Source: Pseudobdellovibrionaceae bacterium
GTDB lineage: Bacteria; Bdellovibrionota; Bdellovibrionia; Bdellovibrionales; Bdellovibrionaceae
Direction of reading: 5' to 3'
DNA: 18,826 bases
Assembly: GCA_044359815.1 (NCBI GenBank)
Contig: JBIKLL010000055.1
Coordinates: 1-18,826, forward strand
Shown here in pieces: positions 1 to 7,120 of the stretch; the first letter of the stretch is position 1; each line of letters begins with the position of its first letter. The notes under the pieces are model-generated. The model did not search any database, was not told the origin of the DNA, and saw only the letters and a list, made by a program, of their open reading frames with translations. Made by a program: the position numbers and the translations under genes.

Positions 1-99
1 AAATGTTCAAATGTTCAAATGTTCAAATGTTCAAATGTTCAAATGTTCAAATGTTCAAATGTTCAAATGTTCAAATGTTCAAATGTTCAAATGTTCAAA
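1..99. repeat. Perfect tandem repeat (AAATGTTC)n, at least 12 units, truncated by the window edge
   Basis: 12 exact 8-bp units at 1-96 plus AAA at 97-99. Confidence 0.98.
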
Positions 100-105
100 A
101 AATCT

Positions 106-126
106 TTACCGCCACAGCGGCGGCAA
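106..126. repeat. GC-rich hairpin motif (TT-A-CCGCC-ACAGC-GGCGG-C-AA), copy 1
   Basis: CCGCC/GGCGG stem with a 5-nt loop; the 13-bp core GCCACAGCGGCGG (111-123) recurs exactly at 1392-1404. Confidence 0.75.
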
Positions 127-448
127 GCGGATGTGTCATTTGAAATCACCAGATCTATTTTTTAAAAATAGGGAAAAAAATTAAAGATTCTTGCGAACAA
201 AAGTTTTGTCCGGAAAATACTTTTTGATAAATATTTATTATTTTTTCTTGACCAGCTTTTGCCTCAAATAATGGCCTCAACTAAAAGTCTTCGATCAATA
301 TGAAGCCCCCCTGGTTGTGTCCAAAAAAAATCTCAATACAGACGGGTTTACTGCGCATATAAGGCTGCAATAGAAATTTTAAAAACAGAGACTCAATTCA
401 GCAAAAGCGCAAAATACCGAATTAAAAAAGTCATGGTAAACAATCTCG

Positions 449-490
449 AAATAGAAAATAGAAAATAGAAAATAGAAAATAGAAAATAGA
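449..490. repeat. Perfect tandem repeat (AAATAGA)6 immediately upstream of the HNH gene RBS
   Basis: Six exact 7-bp units, then AAGGA (491-495) and ATG at 501. Confidence 0.97.
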
Positions 491-500
491 AAGGATCATT

Positions 501-1664
501 ATGCAAAAAACAGTGCCAACTAAAACAAATATTTCTTCCGGAGATTTGATTTTGAAACTCAAAATGTCAGTCAATCAAGAACGTCAGCTACTTGAACAGA
601 TACTGAAAATGATCGCGGAAATTGATCAGCGCAAAATCTATCTAGAAAAATCTTACCCTTCGCTATTTGAATTTTTGACTAAAGAAATCGGCTATTCCGA
701 AGGTGCCGCTCAAAGGCGCATCGATGCGGCCAGGCTACTTAACAAAATCCCTGAAATCAGCACCAAAATAATCGATGGATCAATCAAGCTATCACAGATC
801 TCGAAAATGCAGACTTTTGTGCGTCAAATGAAGAAAATCACCGGCAAAACCATCGATCTGAGTAAACAAAAAGAGCTGCTTGTAAAAATTGAATCTCAAC
901 CTGCTCTGCTAACTGAAAAAATTTTGGTCAACGAGTTCAATTTCAAACCTTTGCAGCCAACTATAGTAAAGCCTCAGTCCGATCAATCAATAAGGCTCGA
1001 AATAACTTTTACTGAATCTGAAATGCAGATTCTGAAACAGGCCCAGGAAAAATTGTCGCATAAAACTGGAGGCGGCCTTAAGGAAACGATCATACAAATG
1101 GCAAAAAATTTGAACAGTCAAGCCACTTCAAAGAGAATTCATAAATCTTCTGAAGAGTCGACACAAGCGCAATTGCATATGCAAAGTAAAGAGAGCACAA
1201 AAGACAAAGACAGCACCAAAGAAACAGACAAATCTAAAGCTAAAGGCAAAGATAAAAATAGAGATAAAGATAAAGATAGAGATAAAGATAAAGATAGAGA
1301 TAGAGATAGAGATAGAGATACAGATAGAAATAGAGATAAAGGCAAAACTAAATTGATCGAAAAATTTGTTTTTTGCGGCGATAATTCTACTGCCACAGCG
1401 GCGGTGAGCACGTGCAGCAGAGATAGAACTCAATCGAATCTGAAAATTTCGAAAACTATAACGCCTAATATTCGAAAATACATTTTCAATCGTGATCTTG
1501 GCTGCCAATTCACAGATCACAAAACAGGAAAAGTCTGTGGCTCAAGGTATTTTTTAGAAATCGATCACATTCAACCCAAATGGAATGGCGGTAACAATCA
1601 TCAAAAAAATCTGCGAACGCTCTGCAGCCAGCATAATAAATTTAGATACATTCAAGGCCGATAA
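501..1664 (+). CDS. HNH endonuclease with DUF222-like helical N-terminal domain and a charged low-complexity linker
   Basis: 387-aa ORF with AAGGA RBS; C-terminal RD.GCQF...C....LEIDHIQP...GG.N...NLRTLC..HN (Zn-binding HNH); N-terminal ER..L..IL..I.EIDQRK.Y....YPSLFEFL..E.GYSEGAAQRRI.AARLL resembles the multicopy HNH family I recall from Bdellovibrionota/Myxococcota. Confidence 0.9.
   Translation: MQKTVPTKTNISSGDLILKLKMSVNQERQLLEQILKMIAEIDQRKIYLEKSYPSLFEFLTKEIGYSEGAAQRRIDAARLLNKIPEISTKIIDGSIKLSQISKMQTFVRQMKKITGKTIDLSKQKELLVKIESQPALLTEKILVNEFNFKPLQPTIVKPQSDQSIRLEITFTESEMQILKQAQEKLSHKTGGGLKETIIQMAKNLNSQATSKRIHKSSEESTQAQLHMQSKESTKDKDSTKETDKSKAKGKDKNRDKDKDRDKDKDRDRDRDRDTDRNRDKGKTKLIEKFVFCGDNSTATAAVSTCSRDRTQSNLKISKTITPNIRKYIFNRDLGCQFTDHKTGKVCGSRYFLEIDHIQPKWNGGNNHQKNLRTLCSQHNKFRYIQGR
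1251..1340 (+). repeat. In-frame degenerate hexamer repeat (GATARA-type)x15 encoding DK/DR dipeptides
   Basis: 15 hexamers (GATAAA, GATAGA, AATAGA, GATACA) flanked by TAAAGGCAAA at 1241-1250 and 1337-1346. Confidence 0.95.
1388..1409. repeat. GC-rich hairpin motif, copy 2, within the HNH CDS (encodes TATAAVS)
   Basis: TACTGCCACAGCGGCGGTGAGC vs TACCGCCACAGCGGCGGCAAGC at 107-128: 19/22 identical. Confidence 0.75.
1637..1664 (+). promoter_or_regulatory. Candidate sigma28 (FliA)-type promoter overlapping the HNH stop codon
   Basis: TAAA (1637-1640)-N16-GCCGATAA (1657-1664); perfect -10 box, spacer 1 nt longer than the canonical N15. Confidence 0.35.
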
Positions 1665-1671
1665 TGAGTTT

Positions 1672-1766
1672 AATAATCGAATAATCGAATAATCGAATAA
1701 TCGAATAATCGAATAATCGAATAATCGAATAATCGAATAATCGAATAATCGAATAATCGAATAATC
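1672..1766. repeat. Perfect tandem repeat (AATAATCG)11.9 just downstream of the HNH stop
   Basis: 11 exact 8-bp units plus 7 nt, starting 8 nt after TAA. Confidence 0.98.
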
Positions 1767-1865
1767 TTCAATTTATCTATTTGTCCAATCAGCCAGAAGG
1801 ATAGAGAGCAGAAAAACTTTGGCAACTACGGGTTATTCAGTTTGCTGTGATAAAAGCAAATCAAT

Positions 1866-2636
1866 CTAATATATATAAATTCGAAAGCCGACTGACCCGT
1901 AATATCCCGTCAATGTCATTTCGCGGTTTGATCCGTCAGAGTTCAGCGCGACAGTACCTTTGGTTTGGGCCCCGCCGATATTAGTGACGTCTTTATTGTA
2001 ATTCATCGATGCAAATTCCATCACTCGGTAGCCCGCTTCAAAATACATCGTGGTTGTATCAAAAGCCAAAATTTCACCACCAGCTCCGTACTGATACATT
2101 GTTGAAGTTCCTTTAAGCTCTTCGGCAAAATCTGCTGTGACACCTAGGTCAGTCGTTCCTTGAGGCGTGAATGTAAAATTATTTGTCGCAGTCAGTGTCG
2201 ATGAACCGCCTTCAACAAAAACGAACCATCTGGAATCTTTGGTCGCCTTGAAATTAAAATCCAGTCCGATTTTTGGTGAAACCGCACTCAAGCTGCTGTC
2301 CAAGCTAAACAGCTCTTGATTGCTGGCATTGTAGCCCTTTGATTCTTTGATCATCGCGGGCATAAGGATTTCCACAGCAAATCTGAAATTCAATCGGGGG
2401 CTGGCCCAAGCAAATCCAAACTCCCCACCTAACAAAGATTTAAATTTAGATTCTAGGGTAGTGGAGACTCCTGTGGCTTTAGATACAGTTGTGTTTTCAA
2501 AACCTGATCCATAAATGCCCTTCAGGTAAGGTGCAAATTTTGCGGTATTCATATCAAAGACATAAGCATGTGCTGTGCTGAACACTGCAAAATTGAAGAG
2601 AGCACTCAGCACTATAAAGCGTAGGGCCGACATCAT
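1866..2636 (-). CDS. Outer-membrane beta-barrel protein (hypothetical)
   Basis: Signal peptide ending AHA; alternating amphipathic strands rich in G/F/Y; C-terminal YYGSVGFRIYIY beta-signal-like strand. Confidence 0.75.
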   Translation of the reverse strand: MMSALRFIVLSALFNFAVFSTAHAYVFDMNTAKFAPYLKGIYGSGFENTTVSKATGVSTTLESKFKSLLGGEFGFAWASPRLNFRFAVEILMPAMIKESKGYNASNQELFSLDSSLSAVSPKIGLDFNFKATKDSRWFVFVEGGSSTLTATNNFTFTPQGTTDLGVTADFAEELKGTSTMYQYGAGGEILAFDTTTMYFEAGYRVMEFASMNYNKDVTNIGGAQTKGTVALNSDGSNREMTLTGYYGSVGFRIYIY

Positions 2637-3167
2637 TTATTTGTGTTCCACCAAATCCAAAACTAATTTTGCACTGGCCTTGTTACTGCCTTTTATATTG
2701 TAAACCTTGGCCTCAATATTTTTTTTCAGATCTAAAATAATACTGGTGTAGGAATTTTGCGCTTCCATAACGACCGAGGCTTTATTGACTAATCTAGAAT
2801 TTAAAAATCTTTGGGCAACAAAGGATTCGTTAAAAGTACCGATATTAGTCTGAGCTAAATCAATCACAACCCGCTTAGTGGGCTTATCCATCAATTCAAT
2901 ATTGTAATAAGCGGGTTCGCCCTTCATAGGATTTCCATGTCGGTCGCCGAATTCGATGACGACTCTTTCAGTTTTTTGTTTATTAGATGCAGTTCTGCGA
3001 ATGTCCTTAAGGGTGAACGCTACGCCTGCAGTACCGCCACGCAGCACTCCGCTTTTGGTCAAAGTCCCTTTAAAAATATCCTTTGTATTTACTGAAGCCT
3101 GTGACTGTAAAACAGTGAAAACCACTAAAAATGCGCCCCAAAATGTCAGTAGATTTGAAGATTTCAT
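2637..3167 (-). CDS. Exported AMIN-domain-like protein
   Basis: Likely start at MKSSNLL (ATG at 3167, G-rich sequence upstream, signal peptide ending SQA) rather than 3245; ERVVIEF, RVVIDL and KLVLDL strands typical of the AMIN fold; stop abuts the next gene's start. Confidence 0.6.
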   Translation of the reverse strand: MKSSNLLTFWGAFLVVFTVLQSQASVNTKDIFKGTLTKSGVLRGGTAGVAFTLKDIRRTASNKQKTERVVIEFGDRHGNPMKGEPAYYNIELMDKPTKRVVIDLAQTNIGTFNESFVAQRFLNSRLVNKASVVMEAQNSYTSIILDLKKNIEAKVYNIKGSNKASAKLVLDLVEHK

Positions 3168-3421
3168 ACCCTTTGCCCCCCCTGGAAACCTGCGTTCAAT
3201 GATTCTATTAAACCTGGTGAAAGAATCTTCGTCTAGCGAAAGCATGCCTTGGCATAGACCTTTTTCAGGGTGTGTTTAGAAGTTTATCACCCGTTCAGGT
3301 GTCCCTTTCAGTCACTGTCGATCAGGGCCATTCAGATTAAGCTCATACAATTATTTGCCTTTGTTTGAATGGCACAAATATTGGATGAGGGATTTTCGTA
3401 TTCAAACAAAATGGAGACTGT

Positions 3422-4099
3422 ATGAAACAAATTAAAGGGGTTTTTGGTGCGTTAATTTGCGTGATCGCACTGTCTGCCTGTCAGAAAAAAGACGACGGCG
3501 GAAATTCAGCAAATCAAGGTGGTGGAGTGGTAGCCTCAACACCGCAAACAGCCTGTAATCTGCCTTCACGACAAGGAGATTCGGTCAATTGCAATCCTGA
3601 GCAGTACCGAGACTATGGCTGGCAGCCGTTGCCATATCAATGGAACTATGGCCAAAATTTTTGTGGATGCCCTGTGGGAACCAGACCAGTGTATACAACA
3701 AATTATGGCTTTGGCTGTGCTCCAAATAACGTTTATTACGATGCTTATAACCAGTATCCTAATCAGGTGTTTAACTATTGGAATCAAAACACTCACTATA
3801 ACAACATTCCACAAATCACTTACGCTCCGTTGATTTCTGGCGACAGCCAAAACTGTTATCAGCAAGCAGCACAAGCCTGTGATTCTAGGGATGCAAACTC
3901 TTGCGGTGGCAATGGTTATTGCCGTGTTGTAGGCGGTGGATCAGTTTTGGGTATTTGTACCTATGATTACGGTGTTGATAACTATGGAAGTCCTTATCCT
4001 TATCAATATTCTTGCCGCTATTACAATGAAGGTCTGATTAACGGTTACTACTGTTTCTACACACATTCTTCTACTGGGTACTCAAACTCATCCAGATAA
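3422..4099 (+). CDS. Cys/Tyr/Asn/Gly-rich lipoprotein of unknown function
   Basis: GGAG RBS; lipobox LSAC; 12 further Cys in the mature part. Confidence 0.8.
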   Translation: MKQIKGVFGALICVIALSACQKKDDGGNSANQGGGVVASTPQTACNLPSRQGDSVNCNPEQYRDYGWQPLPYQWNYGQNFCGCPVGTRPVYTTNYGFGCAPNNVYYDAYNQYPNQVFNYWNQNTHYNNIPQITYAPLISGDSQNCYQQAAQACDSRDANSCGGNGYCRVVGGGSVLGICTYDYGVDNYGSPYPYQYSCRYYNEGLINGYYCFYTHSSTGYSNSSR

Positions 4100-4128
4100 A
4101 GTAATTCGCTGCATTAGCAAGCGCCACA

Positions 4129-4171
4129 GGCTTTCCCCTATGTTAATTTTTAAATGAAACATAGGGGAGCC
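4129..4171 (+). promoter_or_regulatory. Stem-loop that pairs with the M3 peptidase Shine-Dalgarno sequence
   Basis: TCCCCTATGTT (4134-4144) is the exact reverse complement of AACATAGGGGA (4158-4168), extended by GGC/GCC after a 2-nt bulge; SD AGGGGAG at 4163-4169, ATG at 4175. Confidence 0.5.
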
Positions 4172-4174
4172 AGC

Positions 4175-6232
4175 ATGAATGAGCAAAATCCGTTTTTAGT
4201 TTTTAACCAAAATAAAAGTTTTTCGACCCGGGATGAGGCCATCCCCTTTGACCAAATCAAGACAGAACACTTTTTACCGGCAGCTCGATTTGCCATTGAT
4301 GAAGCCCGCAAAAATATTTCTGTCATCAAAAATAAATCAGAAACTGATTTTGAAAATACAATCCTGGCGTTGGAAACTGCCAGTGAACTGTTCGAGCTAG
4401 TCAGTGGGACTTATCACAGTTTATTTAGTGCAGAGGCTGATGAAGCCTTTCAAGCGCTAGCAAAAGAACTTGCTCCCATCGAAGCCGAATTTGCCAATGA
4501 AATAACTTTGGACCCTGTGCTGTTTAAAAAAATCGACGAGATTTATAAAAAATCTGACAACATGGGATTAACCGTTGAACAAAAAAAGCTAGTTGAAAAA
4601 TATCATAAAAACTTTGTTAAAAACGGCGCTTTGTTGTCTGAGGAAAAAAAGCAAGAACTCAGAAAAATAGATCAGGAGATTTCAACCCTCAGTCCAAAAT
4701 TTGCCGAAAATTTATTAAAAGCCACTAACGCGTTTGAATTGGTTATATCTGAAAGCACTGATTTAAAGGGACTGCCTGAATCAGTGATTGAAATGGCCTC
4801 GCACGAAGCTGAGAAAAAGGGCTACAAGGGTAAATGGTTAATCACATTGCAAGCTCCAAGCTTTATTCCCTTTTTGCAGTATTCTGATCGCAGGGAGCTC
4901 AGACAAAAAGTCTGGTATGCTTATCAAACCCGATGCACACAAAATGAAGTCAGCAATTTCCCTGTAATTCAAAAAATAATTAACCTCAGACACAAGAGGG
5001 CGCAGTTGTTGGGATTTAAAAACTGGGCTGAGTTTATGCTGCAAGATCGCATGGCAGAAACTCCTGAAAGAGTGCTGAGTTTTCTGAAAAAACTGGCAGG
5101 CCCCAGTAAAAAGGTCGCCGAAAAAGAAATCATCGAGGTCAAGGCCTTCAAAAAATCCATCGAGGGCACTGATGATTTGCAGCCCTGGGATTTTGCGTAT
5201 TTTTCTGAAAAACTAAAAGAGCGTAAATTTAAATTTAGCGAAGAAGAGCTGCGCCCTTATTTTAAACTAGAATCTGTAGTGGCGGGTGTGTTTGAACATT
5301 CGCGCAGATTATTTAATCTGACGTTTAAGGAAGTTTTCGACATTCCAAAATACCATCCTGATGTCAGGGTCTTTGAAATCAAAGAAGAAGGCAGTAATAA
5401 ATTTATCGGGACCTTGTACACGGACTTTTTTCCGCGAGAGACTAAAAAAAGCGGAGCTTGGATGGGGGCGTTTCGCGAACAGGGACTGTGGTTTGGCAAG
5501 GTTCGCAGACCACAGGTCAACATTGTATGCAATTTCACTAAGCCCACTGCCAGCAAGCCCTCATTGCTAACTCTGGATGAAGTCTTGACCCTGTTTCATG
5601 AATTTGGTCATGCTCTTCATGGGCTGTTGTCAGATTGTCAGTACCGATCAATCGCTGGGACCAATGTTTATTGGGATTTTGTCGAGCTGCCTTCGCAGAT
5701 TATGGAAAACTGGGTTTGGGAAAAAGAAGCCCTGGATATTTTTGCAAGACATTATCAAACCAGTGAGCCCATTCCTGAAGATCTGGTAACCAAAATCAGA
5801 AAAGCACAAAAATTTCAGGCGGGTTATTCATCCGTCAGACAATTGCAGTTTGCTTGGCTGGATATGGCATGGCACACGACAGATCCCCGAGACATCACAG
5901 ATTTGGATCAGTTTGAAGATGTGACGACTCAACCACTAAGGGTTTTACCCAGAGTTGCTGGAACCAATTCATCGGTGACCTTTGGGCATATTTTTGCTGG
6001 TGGGTATTCCAGCGGTTATTACAGTTACAAGTGGGCAGAAGTTTTAGATGCCGATGCATTTGAGTATTTTTTAGAAAAGGGACTTTACAACAAAGAAGTC
6101 GCCAAACAATTTAGGACTCATATTTTGTCCAAAGGCGGAACGGCTCATCCGATGGAACTGTACAAAAATTTTCGTGGTAGAGAGCCCGATCCCAATGCCT
6201 TGTTGCGCCGAGATGGGTTGTTGCACGTATGA
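4175..6232 (+). CDS. M3 family Zn metallopeptidase (peptidyl-dipeptidase Dcp / oligopeptidase A-like)
   Basis: TLFHEFGHALH zinc motif, DFVELPSQIMENW, HIFAGGYSSGYYSYKWAEVLDADAF, FRGREP; start placed at 4175 from the RBS (ORF track opens at 4154). Confidence 0.95.
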   Translation: MNEQNPFLVFNQNKSFSTRDEAIPFDQIKTEHFLPAARFAIDEARKNISVIKNKSETDFENTILALETASELFELVSGTYHSLFSAEADEAFQALAKELAPIEAEFANEITLDPVLFKKIDEIYKKSDNMGLTVEQKKLVEKYHKNFVKNGALLSEEKKQELRKIDQEISTLSPKFAENLLKATNAFELVISESTDLKGLPESVIEMASHEAEKKGYKGKWLITLQAPSFIPFLQYSDRRELRQKVWYAYQTRCTQNEVSNFPVIQKIINLRHKRAQLLGFKNWAEFMLQDRMAETPERVLSFLKKLAGPSKKVAEKEIIEVKAFKKSIEGTDDLQPWDFAYFSEKLKERKFKFSEEELRPYFKLESVVAGVFEHSRRLFNLTFKEVFDIPKYHPDVRVFEIKEEGSNKFIGTLYTDFFPRETKKSGAWMGAFREQGLWFGKVRRPQVNIVCNFTKPTASKPSLLTLDEVLTLFHEFGHALHGLLSDCQYRSIAGTNVYWDFVELPSQIMENWVWEKEALDIFARHYQTSEPIPEDLVTKIRKAQKFQAGYSSVRQLQFAWLDMAWHTTDPRDITDLDQFEDVTTQPLRVLPRVAGTNSSVTFGHIFAGGYSSGYYSYKWAEVLDADAFEYFLEKGLYNKEVAKQFRTHILSKGGTAHPMELYKNFRGREPDPNALLRRDGLLHV

Positions 6233-7119
6233 AAATACTCAAGATCCCCAGGAAATCTTCGATAGCCATTGTGTACAGATTAGATACCTCAACAGCTGCG
6301 TCGATTTCAAAAACGCTGGCTAATTGGCTGAAGGAAAGGGGCTACAAGCCCTTCACAGCACCCGAGCAAAGACAAATCCCTGGAACAACTATGATCAAAA
6401 ATTTTAAAGGCCTGCAAAAAATGGGATTGATCGTGGTTTTAGGTGGTGATGGAACTTATTTGCGAGCTGTCAGAATGTTAGAGGGCGGCAGTGTTCCGAT
6501 ACTGGGTGTGAATTTGGGGCATTTAGGTTTTTTAACTCCATTTAAAGTTGAAGAATTATTTCATGCTGTGGAAGAAACCTTAGATGGAAAAATGAATTTG
6601 ATACCCAGATCGATGTTGGAAATAAAAATTTTAAAAAATAAAAAAGTTATCGCTGAAGGCATGGGATTAAATGATGTTGTTTTGGAAAGGGGCTCGCTGA
6701 GCCAATTAATCACCCTCAGTTTATATTCAGGAGAATTATTTATCAGCGAAGTCATTGCTGACGGATTAATAATTTCATCACCAACGGGATCAACGGCTTA
6801 CAATCTGGCAGCAGGCGGGCCTATCTTGCATCCTAATCTGAGAGCCTTTGTGATCACTCCGATTGCTCCCCATTCATTGACAAACCGTCCATTGATTGTG
6901 GCGGACTCGGACAGGCTCACCTTCAAATTAAGCGAGAAGCACCAAAGCTCAAAACAAAAAGCTCACCTGGTGGTTGACGGGATTAAATTTGCGGATATAA
7001 CAGCAGAGCATGAAGTCGTTGTTTCAAAGGCCAGGGCCACTCATTTGTTGGTTCGGGCTCCGAAGTCAAACTACTATCATTTGCTGAGGGAAAAATTAAA
7101 ATTCGGGGAAAGAACTTAA
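6229..7119 (+). CDS. nadK: NAD(+) kinase
   Basis: LGGDGT, GVNLGHLGFL, NDVV, DGLIISSPTGSTAYNLAAGGP motifs; ATGA overlap with the upstream gene; precedes recN as is common. Confidence 0.96.
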   Translation: MKILKIPRKSSIAIVYRLDTSTAASISKTLANWLKERGYKPFTAPEQRQIPGTTMIKNFKGLQKMGLIVVLGGDGTYLRAVRMLEGGSVPILGVNLGHLGFLTPFKVEELFHAVEETLDGKMNLIPRSMLEIKILKNKKVIAEGMGLNDVVLERGSLSQLITLSLYSGELFISEVIADGLIISSPTGSTAYNLAAGGPILHPNLRAFVITPIAPHSLTNRPLIVADSDRLTFKLSEKHQSSKQKAHLVVDGIKFADITAEHEVVVSKARATHLLVRAPKSNYYHLLREKLKFGERT

Positions 7120-7120
7120 A

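Noticed and set aside
1128..1520. Minus-strand ORFs 1128-1520 and 1139-1411 with ISISIS/SLSLSL runs
   Set aside because: Antisense shadows of the hexamer repeat within the HNH gene
1..1766. CRISPR or TIGR-type guide array next to the HNH nuclease
   Set aside because: Arrays are head-to-tail 6-8 bp units with no unique spacers; no cas or Nop-domain gene is visible
3168..3245. N-terminal extension of the AMIN-like ORF from 3245
   Set aside because: The signal peptide begins at the Met at 3167; the extension looks non-coding
3370..3385. Sigma54-like TGGCAC-AAATA-TTGGA upstream of the Cys-rich lipoprotein
   Set aside because: Lacks the near-invariant -12 GC (GG instead); not supportable without TSS data
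4122..4129. CGCCACAG matching part of the HNH hairpin motif
   Set aside because: Only 8 bp with no complementary arm; expected by chance
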